The notes below the pieces were generated by a model that saw only the letters and a list, made by a program, of their open reading frames with translations, was not told the DNA's origin and did no database searches. A stretch of DNA of 64,000 nt, from contig MU054212.1 of assembly GCA_013239625.1 (NCBI GenBank), forward strand, positions 558,001-622,000, given 5' to 3'. Shown here one piece after another: positions 37,401 to 48,936 of the stretch. This DNA comes from Lama guanicoe. Its lineage: Eukaryota. The translations under genes were made by a program, and so were the position numbers. Numbering within the stretch: the stretch's first letter is position 1; the number at the start of each line of letters is the position of its first letter.

Positions 37401-37489
37401 GAAGCCTGTGCAGCCCCCCTCTGGCGCCCCTCTCCCGGGCTCCCAGAAAACTGTCACCAAAGATTGGTTTTGCCTCTTCTGGACCTTCG

Positions 37490-37800
37490 TATAAACAGAA
37501 CCATAGACTATGTGCCTTTTTTTTTTTAATCCGTCATTTTTCAAACAACTTAGTATCTGTGAGATTCACTCATGTTGCCAGTGTCAGTAGTTCGTTTTTT
37601 GTGTTTTTTTGTTTTTAATTGCTAAGCAGGCTTGCACTGTCTGGATATACCCTCACTTGTTTATCTTTTCTCCTGTTGGTGGACATTTGCGTTGTTTCCG
37701 GTTTCGGGGTGTTAGGAACATTCGTGTGCAAGTCCTTTTGTGGACATACATTTCCATCTCTCTTGGGCAAATACCTACGAGTGGGCTTTCTGAGTCACAG
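37490..37800 (-). mobile_element. Old L1 (L1M) 3' fragment
   Basis: tgagattcactcatgttg; ggacatttgcgttgtttccggttt; tctcttgggcaaatacct. Confidence 0.65.
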
Positions 37801-39169
37801 TGGAGGTGACGTTAACCAGCCAGGATGTAGCTGAGTGTATATTTTGCTTGTGTTTGTTCTCGGTATAAGATAAAAAGGCCACTCGGTGCTACCGTTGGGA
37901 CGAGGCTCAGAAAGAAGCCTGTTACGACCACGTGGAAGCAGCACCCCCTTGAAACGGGCCTTACGTTCGTAGTTACAGTTCGTATTTTTTTAACTTTGAT
38001 CCAAGCAAGTCAGTCCCCAAATGAGCCACCATGAAGGGGCCAAGGAGAGGTTTTGAACCAGAAAAAAAAAATTCCTAGGGCAAGTATGGAAATCAAATGG
38101 CAACTGCCCCCATGGTTTTGGTCTTCAGGTTTCTAGAAGGTGACCACACACCCTGAAAGCGTGTCACGCCTCCTGGCTACGTGCAGGTTCCCGTAGGTCC
38201 TCAGCTTAATGATGGTTTCCCTGTGCGGGGAGGGGGCGGGCGGCCTCGTCGGGACCGCGCTTCCTGCCCTGCGCCTCCTGGCTTGTCATTAACGTCTCAC
38301 TGGAGACTGGTTATTTGTCACTGGAACCTAGCAGCAAAGTTGGTAGTGTTTCCCCTCCTCCTGGGTGTGGAGAGCAATTAAGAGGAGAAAGTAAGTAACA
38401 GAGCTGAGATAATGCCAACAAAATTAATGTTCTTTGAGTGGATTTCCTTTTCCTTCTGGGGGAGAAATCTGTCTGGAACTATTTTAATGTCAAAAAAAAA
38501 AAAAAAAAAAACCGAAGACGGCTCTTGGATTGATCTCTAAGATCTTTTATTTACTTAATATTACAATCTAAGTACTCATGGAAAAGCCCTTCCTTCCACC
38601 TCTGCCTCCCCCCCAGGGTTGTGGGAACGTCCCTCAGAACATAGTTTTTCGGGGTGGGAGATGCTGAGCAGGAGGAAACAGAAGACTCAGTAAAAGGAGG
38701 ACTAATCCAGCCTTGTGGGCACTGGACTCTGCTTTCTCGCCATATTTCCTTCTCACTGAAAGCCAGCTGGGTGCTGGAGGCACTTAACCTGTCTGCAGGG
38801 GGATTTACGGAGAAGCTAAAGCAGGTGGAGCCCCGGGGGTCCCTCCCTTGCAGGGCTCTTTCCAGGCCCTCAGGTGTCCAGGTGCCTGGAGCTCACTGAA
38901 TGTGGGGGACCCTCTCTAAGAAAAGTAATTCATATTACAAAAACACCAGTGCTGTGCCTCTCAGGAGACTTGAAGGGGCCCTGGAACTTCCCTAGCTCCT
39001 TGGAATGTCTGCCAGGCGCCTGCACAAATGCTGAGCAGTGGCTCTTTGAGGCCTGCCAGCTTTTGGTGTAAGTGTTAAAAATCCAGTGCCTATTGCATCG
39101 TGGTGGGTTTTGTTTACTGTTTAAGGGTTTGGGTTTTGGTTTTGGGGGGAGAGCAGAGGGGTTTTGGTA

Positions 39170-39490
39170 ATAGCTTTATTGGATATAATTCATGTATCGT
39201 ACAGCTCACCTCTTTAAAGTGTACAATTCAGTGGTTTTTAGTTATTCACGGAATTGTGCAACCATCACCACAGTCAATTTCAGGACATTTTCATCATCCT
39301 TAAAAGAGGCTCCTACACCCTTCACTCCCCGCCCTCTAAGCCCTGGGCAACCACTGGTGTACTTTCTGTCTCTGGGGACTTGCCTGTTGTGGACGTTTCA
39401 TGAAGATCATACACTTATGTGGTCTTTTGTGCCTCTGGCCTCTTACTTAGCATAAAGTTTTCAGGGTTCATCCATGTGGTATGTGCATCA
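39170..39490 (-). mobile_element. L1MB-like 3' fragment
   Basis: agctttattggatataattca...tttaaagtgtacaattcagtggtttttag...ttgtgcaaccatcaccac. Confidence 0.8.
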
Positions 39491-42479
39491 CTACTCAGTT
39501 TTTCTTAAATCTTTATTTTTCTTGTAACCGGGGCCTGGAATTTGGTGGCGCTGAAAACAGTGGTCACTCAGTCTGTCCCAGACCAGGAGGGGACCAAAGG
39601 TTGTTTATTAGCACTTTGGTGCATAGGAACATGTATGCATTGGCAAAACCCAGGCCTTGCGAGTCTTTATAAACCATGCAAGTAGACTGATGGGAGAGCT
39701 AGAACAAAGCTTGGGCCTCCCTTTTAATTCATTCTCTCTCAAGCCAGAACAAACGAGCCACCCAGTACTGCCTCCTCAGCTCACCCCCATCGCTGGAAAG
39801 AGGACAACCGTCTCTTGCCAGATACTGAGTGGCAAAACTGTGGTTTAAACACAGGGGGTTTGGCTCCAGAGTCTGAATCTTCCCCACTGAGCTGCAGCTC
39901 AGAGCAGCAGAGGTGAAAGCACGACTGAGGGAGAGCCGGCTCAAAAGGACAGAAGACATGTGGGAAGTACGCCCTCAGACCAGGGCCTTATCCCACGTGC
40001 CCCCAGTGAGGTTCTGTGGCAATAGTGGTAAACGCCATCAAGGAAAACAGCGTGTGCGTCGGTTAGCGGTTCGGCTATGGAGCACAGCATCCACTCACGC
40101 TAGTTTAAGAAGAAAGGGATCCAACACAGGGCACCAGACAGTTTATGGAATCACTGGCGAGGCTAAGTTGGGATTTCAGGAATGATTACAAAATTATACT
40201 GAACCAGGTCACCAGGGGAATCTGCACTGGCTGTCAGCCCTGGATGTGGCAGCACTGCCACCTCCATGGTCAGGAAGCCGCCACCGCTGCTGGCTCCAGA
40301 GTCATGCTGCCCTGTTGTGGACTACACCCGCAGAATGGACACCACGACTCTTGGTAGCAGAATCAAGAGAAGCGTAGCCTCTGCTTCAACTCTGCTCTCT
40401 GACACCAGTGCATCAGATAGGAAGAACTGGGGGCTGTACTGGGAATCCTAGCTGCAAAGGGGTCGGGAAGTACCACAAGGCACCCCGGAAGGGGACTGGA
40501 TATCCATGCCGTAGTCTATATGAAGGTGAATCCCTGGGGTTTAGGTGAGTCCACCAGGGGATGATCCTACAGAAGTGGCCTTGCAAGCCAGGCAAGGAGG
40601 ATCTGAGGCACATGAAAGTCACCTGGGCCAAGAGCAGGGCCCCACCCTCAGACGCCGACTCAGCGGGACTGGAGCAGAGCCCAGTTTGCTGCCGTCCCCC
40701 CCTGCTGAGCTCTCGGTAAGATTCTCCAGTGTCCTTGTACATTCTGTTCTCTCTGATCTTCGAGATAAACCCATGAAGCGGCCTGTCAGGTATTCTTATC
40801 TCATGCAGAGGAAGGTGAGGCTCAGGGAGGTTAGGCCACTTTCTCCAAGTTGCCTGACTCACTGGAGGCAGAGCCACCAACCACCACCCAGCCCTTTCCA
40901 CCTGCCAGCCTCCCGGAGCTGCTCGCTGCTGCTCCTAACCGCTGCTCTTTCAGTCTGATTAAGAACAGAAAAGCAGGAAAGCAGTGCTCCCCGCTCCCAA
41001 GCCCTGTCACCGCTCTGACCCTCTGTTTCTTCATCTATAAGGTGAGGCGGTTGGAAAACACTTGCAAACTTTTCTTTCGGCAGCGGGAGCCTTCTTTCAA
41101 GAGAAGTGTTGCGTGTATCCACGTTTAAGAAAGGAAAAAGCAGAGCTGCTGTGGTTGCCGCAGGGAGGGGTCCAGGCACCCCCGACCCCACCTCCAGCCC
41201 CAGAATATCCTTGCTGGGGGACTCCTCAGGCTTTGGCCCCCAACAAAAGCTGGTGACTCTTTGCGTGAACCTGCTCACATCATTGCAAGCCTTGTGACCT
41301 TTGCCTGCAGAGGAAGAACCGAAGGGGCGGTCTCTGGGAGAACAGGAATGTTGGGGGGGGGGGAATTTAGGAAATAGAAGAACTGGCTGATTGGCCGGGG
41401 GTCCCAGCTTGAGGTGAGTGTGTTAGACGTGGTCCCCGTTCTGCTGCTTGTTTCCCAAATGGAAAATCTTACATCCTGTTCAACCCAGGGGAGACATCTG
41501 AGACGACAGGCGCGTCCTGGAGGGCCGCCACAGAGAAGGCGTCCACTATCCTGGACCTCGGTAGTAAGTGGCCTTCACATCTGCGCAGCCCACCCTCTCT
41601 GCCCCGCAGAGCAGCACTGCACACCCACGTGTGCCTGCACGTGTCTGCACGCCGGCGCTGCCCGGCTGCTCGCCAGCACTCCGTGGGTACACGTGGCAGC
41701 TACCAGAGCAGGCGTGTCCTGGGCCAGCTGAGGAAGAGCCTTCCTGGTGGGGCTGGAAGGACCAGGGCTCTGAGGAAGAAGTCGTGGCATTGCACCCGCC
41801 GAGTCCACTTCCACCCAGAAGTTGGGGATGCTCTGAACAGGCTCGGTGGAATTGTGGGCGTTAAGGTAGCTGTGGTTTGCCTTTATTCACCAGAGAAGCA
41901 GAAAAGGTGCTGTGAAGGTCAGTGTGGGTTTGACATGCAGGTGATAGCCTGCTCTTGGTTATAAAGGGACACCAGAGGCATTCATGTGCCTCTTCTGAAA
42001 TCATGTCCAACCAAGCGTCTTCAGAATGGGGCTGTTCACAGAAAACCACCAGCTTTTGTTGGAGTTGTTGAGGAAACCTTGGACATGTCTTCTGGAACAG
42101 GCCAAGCCCTGGTCTGAGAAGAGGCTGGCAGCGGCCAGCCGTCTACGGGAACAGGCCTTCTCATCACAGACGGGTGGTTTCTTCGTTCCCTGGCTTTGCC
42201 TGACAAAGGTTATTGCCTGAGACCAGCCAGGAGAGGCATCACGCATCGTCGAGCCCTTGGAAAGTACAGTCCTGAGGAGGTGGGGTGAGATTAACCTGGT
42301 GAGACCCGGCCAGAATGTGTGTAATCCAGAGTTAAAAGTGGGAGGCACAGAGGACCATGGGAAACCAGGTACACAGAGGGCTCGAGGAAGCCGGTCTCTA
42401 CGGATGGATGGAATTAGGAAGGGGAAGGAGAGGACGTGGAGACTTGAGGGCCACGGGACTGTGAATTATAGCTAACACG

Positions 42480-42856
42480 ATGTCCATACAATGGACTAAT
42501 ATCCAGCCTTCGAAACGGAGGGAGTCCTAACCCATGCTGCAACGTGGATGAATCTTGAGGACATTGTGTTCAGTGAAATAAGCCAGACACACAAGGACAA
42601 ATACCATGTGATCCCACTTGTACAAGGTGCCCGGAGTAGTCAAACTCAGAGAGACAGAAAGTAGAGCGGTGGTTTCCAGGCTGAGCTGGGGGGAGGGAAT
42701 GCGCAGTTTCAGGTTTGCAAGGTGATAAGTGTTCTGGAGATGGACGATGATGGTTGTGCAACATGGTGAATGTACTTCGTGCCACTGAACTGCACACTTA
42801 AACACAGTTAAATTGGTAAGTTTCATGTTATGTATATTTTCCCTCGTTTAAAAAAA
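42480..42856 (+). mobile_element. L1MB-like 3' end
   Basis: tggatgaatcttgaggacatt...agtgaaataagccagacac; gccactgaactgcacacttaaa. Confidence 0.85.
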
Positions 42857-42874
42857 GATTCAAAAAACAATAGC

Positions 42875-43085
42875 CAACATTTATTGAGCACTTGCTATAT
42901 TCTAAGCACCGTCCAGAGCACTTCTCACGTATTTCTTGAAATAGCCATGTGAGGTGGGCGTTGTTACTGTTCTCGTTTTACAGACGTGCAGCCTGACATT
43001 TGGGGTCATTAAGTTTACCTCCCACAGTCAGACGACTAGTGATGGCCTGGTGAAGACTGTACCCAGATCTGTGCGAGTCCAGATC
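42875..43085 (-). mobile_element. MIR SINE
   Basis: aacatttattgagcacttgctat...ctcgttttacagac. Confidence 0.65.
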
Positions 43086-43321
43086 ACACGCTGTGTGAAT
43101 GTCGGACTGAAACGCAGACACTGAAAGGGGGACTCACCTCCCTGCAGGCACCGACTCCTGATGGTCCGGAGGCTGGGGTTTCTAAACGTTGCTGGGCCCT
43201 GCTGATAGCAGGGTTTAGGCTCCCTGTTGCTGGTGGTGTTGGAAGCTGGCTATAACTTGCTCAGGATTATTACACATGCCCCTTATTCTAAGAGTGACCA
43301 GTGTCACCCAATCTGTTACAG

Positions 43322-43428
43322 ACCACTGTCATCGACTATGTGAAGCCCTCGGATCTCAAGAAGGACATGAATGAGACCTTCAAGGAGAAGTTCCCTCACA
43401 TTAAGTTAACACTCAGCAAAATAAGGAG
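43322..43428 (+). CDS. CABLES1: CABLES1 coding exon (exon 8), 107 nt: [35 protein letters not shown](S)
   Basis: Acceptor ctgttacag ends at 43321; donor gtacgt at 43429. Peptide lies within ORF 43301..43636. Confidence 0.97.
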
Positions 43429-44637
43429 GTACGTGAGAATGGGCACCCACTCGAACTTTCCCCTAGTCCCCTCTCCCGGCAAGCACCAAGCTCATGTTTT
43501 GTACAATGGGTCTCTCCGTTGTTCTGGGGAAATGAAATATGGTCACGTTCAGCAAAAAGAGGCTCATCCGATGCTGGCTGACCGCTGCCTGGATGGGAGA
43601 GAGCCCCGGGAGCCAGGACGGAGGTGGCGCCCTTGACATGAGCCGACAGTCGGATATGGTGGGGAGAGGTACCTGTGGCTTATACTTGAGTAAGATTTAT
43701 ATCATGGAAAGCTCAGAATAGGGAACATTCGGTTCCCTGCTCTCTCTCAAGTGCAGGCAAAACAAGAGAAAAGAGTTGGCATCACAGAGTTTGGGAAGAT
43801 AACTCTTTACCCACAGTCATCCACCCAGAGGTGACAGCCAAGCCGTATCTGGAAGCAGTCAGCAAAACAGCGAAAGCAAAATCAGGCCTGAATTTCCCCT
43901 GCGGCTGACTGGGTCGATCCAGTGGCGACCCACATATGCCGGCCCAGGATTCAGGAGGACTGGCCTTGCTGGGCTGGAGAGAGGCTGCCTTGGGTTGTGG
44001 GGTCTGTGTGCCAAGACAGCAGTCTTTCAGTGTTGGGGGGGGAGGTGTAGTACTGGAGGCTAGACTACACACACAGTGTGGGAATACGCAGCATCATTCA
44101 CACATGTACACATCCCGATACTGATTTGATGCTGGTGTGCTCCGAGCCAAAGAGGTGAGAAGAGTTAAGTGTTTGCACTTTGTCCGTTGGCCGGGCAGCT
44201 CTCCTAAGCAGACTGGTTGCTGTGCCCTTAGCCTGAGCCCCCTTCTGCCATAGTCAGTGCCTGTAACGGACGCTCAGCAGATCTGATACCAAGTGCCTTA
44301 CTTGTCTCAGTAACTGTCTCTCTGGAACGACCTTGGTTTCCCACTGTCACTTTGGACGCTTCTGCTCCCAGTTTCCAGACCCTCAGGGATCCGCTTGGGT
44401 TCAGCCTGGTCCCGTGTCGACACGGTCTGTACAGCTCGGGAAGGGTCCGAAGCCCCAGCGACTTGAGTCTGCTGGCCGCGTATAGGATGATGTGCTCACC
44501 TGTAGGGACGGAATCCCATTCCACGTCGCCCTTCTGGGAATGAGAGAGGATGCTGTCAGGATGGGCCAGTCTTTTCCTTTGGGGCCCCCCGAGACTCCGG
44601 GTTCTAACAGGACTCCTCCCTCCTTCTGCCTTTCTAG

Positions 44638-44845
44638 CCTAAAGCGAGAGATGCGGAAGCTCGCCCAGGAGGACTGTGGCTTCGAGGAGCCCACGGTGGC
44701 CATGGCCTTTGTCTACTTTGAGAAGCTCGCCCTCAAGGGAAAGCTCAACAAACAGAACCGGAAGCTTTGTGCCGGGGCATGTGTGCTCTTAGCAGCCAAA
44801 ATTGGAAGCGACCTCAAGAAACACGAAGTCAAGCATTTAATTGAC
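44638..44845 (+). CDS. CABLES1: CABLES1 coding exon (exon 9), 208 nt, cyclin-box-like region: LKREMRKLAQEDCGFEEPTVAMAFVYFEKLALKGKLNKQNRKLCAGACVLLAAKIGSDLKKHEVKHLID
   Basis: Polypyrimidine tract plus ctag ends at 44637; donor gtaagt at 44846. Peptide lies within ORF 44492..44962. Confidence 0.97.
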
Positions 44846-45431
44846 GTAAGTGGGCTGAGTCCTGATGGCTGGGGGAGCACGCGCTCTGGGTCAGCGTTGG
44901 TCTCTCAGAAGAGCCTGGTCGGTGACCCTGCCTGGGAGACGTCTGATCCTTGGTACCGCTGAGGGACCAGGGCGGTGAGGTCGGCCCTTCTGCAGTGGAC
45001 ATCAGGCCCCACATCTCAGGCTGTCCTAGAACAGAGGGAGGAGCCACACTGACGAGACCGAAGGTCCCCAGGATTGGGTCTGGCCATAAAAGTCCATTTT
45101 CAGGCACCACAAGGGGTGAGCTTATCCTGAAAGCCACAGAAGCCACTTTAATGGCCAGGGGTCTTGTGGACGGTGTGACCCACAAAGTGCCCATCAGTCA
45201 CAGGCTGCCTCCTCTTTTAGGGAAGGGCATGGGTTTGACTGAGTGCCATCTCTTTTCTTTTAAAGTAGAGCCCCATCAAAGCAAGGAAACGCTGATCTTC
45301 CTGGATGGATATATGAATGCCCGTCTTAAAATTCAGTGTATTCATAGGAAATCTGAGGTACAGTAAAGCTAATCAGGAGACAGTTGCTGCTGCAAAGACA
45401 CTTTCTTAGTCCCATTTCTCAAGAGGAGAGG

Positions 45432-45803
45432 TGTCTTAGCTCAGCTGCCGTGACCAAAGACCACAGCCTGGGCGGCTTAAACAACAGACACTGAGCAGTC
45501 GTGCAGGCTGGGAAGTCCGAGACCGAAGTGCCAGCTGCTTCGGTTCCTGGTGAGAGCCCTCTCCCTGGCTTGGAGATGGGCGCCTTCTCGCTGTGTCCCC
45601 CATGGCTCGGGGTTGGGGGTGCGGGGAGCAGGCAAGCTCCCTGGTCTCTTCTTACAAGGGCACTAATCACATCAGGAGGACCCCCACCCGCTTCAGCTCC
45701 TCTAAACCTCATCACCTCTAAAAGGCCCCACCTCCTAGCACCATCACACCGGAGGACAGGACATCAGCATACGAATTTTGGGGTGACACATTCAGTCCAT
45801 AAA
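45432..45803 (-). mobile_element. MaLR solo LTR (MLT1A-like)
   Basis: tgtcttagctcagctgccgtgaccaaagaccacagcctgggcggcttaaacaacag...gacacattcagtccata. Confidence 0.85.
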
Positions 45804-45824
45804 GGGGAGGGCACACCACACCAC

Positions 45825-46230
45825 CGGGGCCTTGTGAGGAAGCAAGGAGAGATCAGAACTGTGACCAGGAGATTTTGCTGTGGTTTCCGCAGGAAGGAAC
45901 AGGCGAGGCAGGGAAAGCAGGCTTAGGACTGGCTGGTTGGGATTATTTCCGTGGGCTCCTGGGCACAGGGCTGTCCCTACATGTCTGGGACCTGGCCTTG
46001 GTGACTAGGGCAGGTGGATGGCGCCTCAGAGTGTGACAGCCAGTTGAAGAGGTGGCTGGGTGTGGGCTCTGGATTGGTTAGTTTGTATGTGAAAAGTGCA
46101 CCCACGGGCGAGTTGTCCACTCTCCCTAGGAGCCGGCTAACCCTGGGAGGGGCAGGGCCTCCAGGGTCAGCAAGGTCCCAAAATGTCAAAGCCTCAGAAT
46201 ACGGAAAATAAAAGACCTGGTTAGTGCAAC
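45825..46230. mobile_element. ERVL-class LTR fragment (LTR40-like)
   Basis: gcttaggactggctggttggg...; gggctctggattggttagtttg; ggctaaccctgggagggg. Family assigned from memory. Confidence 0.5.
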
Positions 46231-46339
46231 GCCCCGCCCATCTAGCTGCGTGGCCGTCCTTGGTGCCAAAGGAGAAGCAGCAGAGAGGGCGCTAATGGAG
46301 GTGCTCCCACCTAAGAAAGAGTATGCTTTTTAAAAAACT

Positions 46340-46720
46340 TACACTTAAAATAATTAAAATGGTATGGTTCAGTGGTATTAAGAATATTCATAATGTTTTG
46401 CAACTATCACCACCGTCCATCTCCAGAACTCTTCATCTTGCAAAACTGGAACTCTGTCCGCATTGAACAATAACTCCCCATTCCCTGTCCCCAGCCCCTG
46501 GCAACCAACCAGTCTACTCTCTGAATCTGACTACTCTGCCCTCATATAAGCAGAATCATGCAGTATTTGTCCTTTTGCGACTGACTCATCTCATTTTGCA
46601 TAATGTCTTCGACGTTCATCCACGTTGTAACATGTGTCGGAATCTCCTTCCTTTTTAAGGCCAAATAACATTCCACGGTGTGTATATGCCACATTTTGTT
46701 TATCCGTCCATCCATCCACG
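46340..46720 (-). mobile_element. L1MB-like 3' fragment
   Basis: caccgtccatctccagaactcttcatcttgcaaaactggaactc; aatcatgcagtatttgtccttttgcgactg. Confidence 0.85.
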
Positions 46721-47469
46721 GAAGAGAAAGTATTCTTTAGGTCAGGGCTTTACTGGTTATAAGAAATGGTACAAAATCATCTAGCTCGTGCAGTAAACGC
46801 TCTTAGGAACGTGGAGGTGATCTCTGGATGCCAAATCTGAAGTGAGGATCAGTAGGTTTTCATAGAGAGGAGCTGAACTAATGCTGCTTATAATCCCTGC
46901 AAGTGTGATGTTACACATATTTAGTCACAGTTGAGAAATATATTATCCAGCAATGCTCACAGTCGTAATGCAGAATGTAAGGGTAACAATTTGACAAGCC
47001 TTTTGTGATAGCAATTAACTGAACGTAAGATCCTGCCCCACTGATAATCCGAATGCAGTCACCAACTGCTCTGGCATTGAGATTTTTAAAAAATTAAGCC
47101 AAAAGCTGAGCTTAAGCCAAAGCAGAATGTACTCCAGCAAAAATGAGGCCTTCCCTACCCACCCTCACTCTGATGGTTCTCCATTTCTGCCCCAGAAGCC
47201 CCTGCAGCTGGGAGGACCAAGAGGCAGTGCAGGAGGGGGAGCCCCTGGGCGTGGGCTCAGCCCATTCAGGTACACACGAGCTGTGCGCCGCCCTAAAAGG
47301 GAGGCGGCCTCACCAGGGCTTGGTCCTCGTGCGTAAAATGAAAGGACCAAATTGCATACAACCAGCTCACCCAGCCCTGAGCTTACCACGTGATTACTGT
47401 TGTAGATGACCTGCTGTCTTTTTCGTCTTACCTCTAAGCTTGAGTAACCTCATGTAGCAGGTAGAGCTC

Positions 47470-47640
47470 GAGTCTCAGCTGCACCTGAATCTCAGCATTG
47501 CAATTCACTGCCCACGTCACCTTAGACAGATGATGTAACCTCTTGACCCTGTTTTCTCGTCTGTAAGCTAGAGGTAAACATAACACTGACCTTGTAAGAC
47601 AGATGAGCGATTAAGTGAAGTCACGGGATGTATGTCAAGT
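47470..47640 (+). mobile_element. MIR SINE
   Basis: taacctcttgaccctgttttctcgtctgtaag...gattaagtga. Confidence 0.55.
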
Positions 47641-47857
47641 AGACTGCAGGTCCTCAGTGGGGTACGACTCCCCCTCCACCAGGACTGAGAGCAGGAAGCA
47701 CGCCGATGCCCCCCTTTCCTCCTCCACAGTCTTGCCCATCACGGGTTTCTCTGGAAACACCCACCGGCTGATGGATACAGAGGTTACACATGGGGAGAAA
47801 AAAACTTAGGATTTTTATCTCAAAGCTAAAAAGCTTCTGATTTTAATTCTGTTGCAG

Positions 47858-47998
47858 AAACTGGAAGAGAAGTTCCGGCTGAACAGACGAGAACTGATTG
47901 CCTTTGAATTCCCGGTGTTGGTGGCCTTGGAATTTGCCCTTCATCTGCCAGAGCACGAAGTCATGCCCCATTACAGACGCCTGGTCCAGAGTTCCTAG
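47858..47998 (+). CDS. CABLES1: CABLES1 last coding exon (exon 10), 141 nt: [46 protein letters not shown]
   Basis: Acceptor ctgttgcag ends at 47857; TAG stop at 47996-47998. C-terminus is typical of CABLES1. Confidence 0.97.
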   Translation, partial: KLEEKFRLNRRELIAFEFPVLVALEFALHLPEHEVMPHYRRLVQSS

Positions 47999-48904
47999 CA
48001 CAGGCCTCCGAGGAGGGCCAGGGGCCACTTCCTCTGGGCGCGGGCGAGCAGCACTTACTGCTGGAAAGGCAAAAATAGAACTCGGCTGACCAAACGTTTT
48101 TCCTCTCGACATGTTTTTGTGTAGAAGCAGTACTGGGAGCTTTTCAGGGAGTCTTGTGTCTGGCCAGCAGAGATGAGCCGTGAACTGTTTACTGCTCAGC
48201 AAGGAACGGGAGCCCCGTGCAGAAGACCGCTCTCCCAGCTCTCCGCGAGCAAGGCTTCCTCGCTGTCCCCACCCCGGGCTTCCTCGCGGCCACACGCAGA
48301 CCTTGCAGGCTTGTCCCCGGGTCTTCTCTCCAGACCCATTCCAACCCAGAGCGTGAAGTCCTAGAGCAGAGGAGGGGAAGGGAATTTGCAGAAGTTGGAG
48401 GAGAGCTTCTGGAAGACACGCTCCCTATGTCAAAAGAGCGTGCCAATTTATTTTTGTATCCGCTGTTGGAAGTGCACTTTCCCCTGGGGCGTGTGGATGA
48501 GCGAGTGTGTGAGTGTGTGTGTCTGAGAGAGGCCACGTCAGCCTGCCACCCCCAAGGCCAGCCCCACCCTCTACAGAGAGACCTCAGCCTGGGGTCTGGG
48601 GCCAGGCAGACCTTCGGCAATTATTTCTAGACAATCTCTGGATAAGCACCACTCTCTGCATAACCTCCTCTGCCCTTAGCAAATGCCATTGTTTCTGTTA
48701 CTGCTCCTACTGCCACCAGCGGGGCAGAGACCAGCTCTCACGGGCGGACGCAGCAGGGAACTCTGTCCCTTTCCGCCGTCACGCCCTGTGCGTCCAGCGC
48801 ACCTGCGCACTTTCCCCACTGTGGAGACACTGGGGCTGGGCTCGTGGTGTGTATTCCTGTGCTCTATGTTAGAGTGCACCATAGGCACATTTATTGTGCT
48901 GGAG

Positions 48905-48936
48905 ATATACATACATATATATATATATTATATATA
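48905..48936. repeat. (TA)n microsatellite in the CABLES1 3' UTR
   Basis: atatacatacatatatatatatattatatata. Confidence 0.85.
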
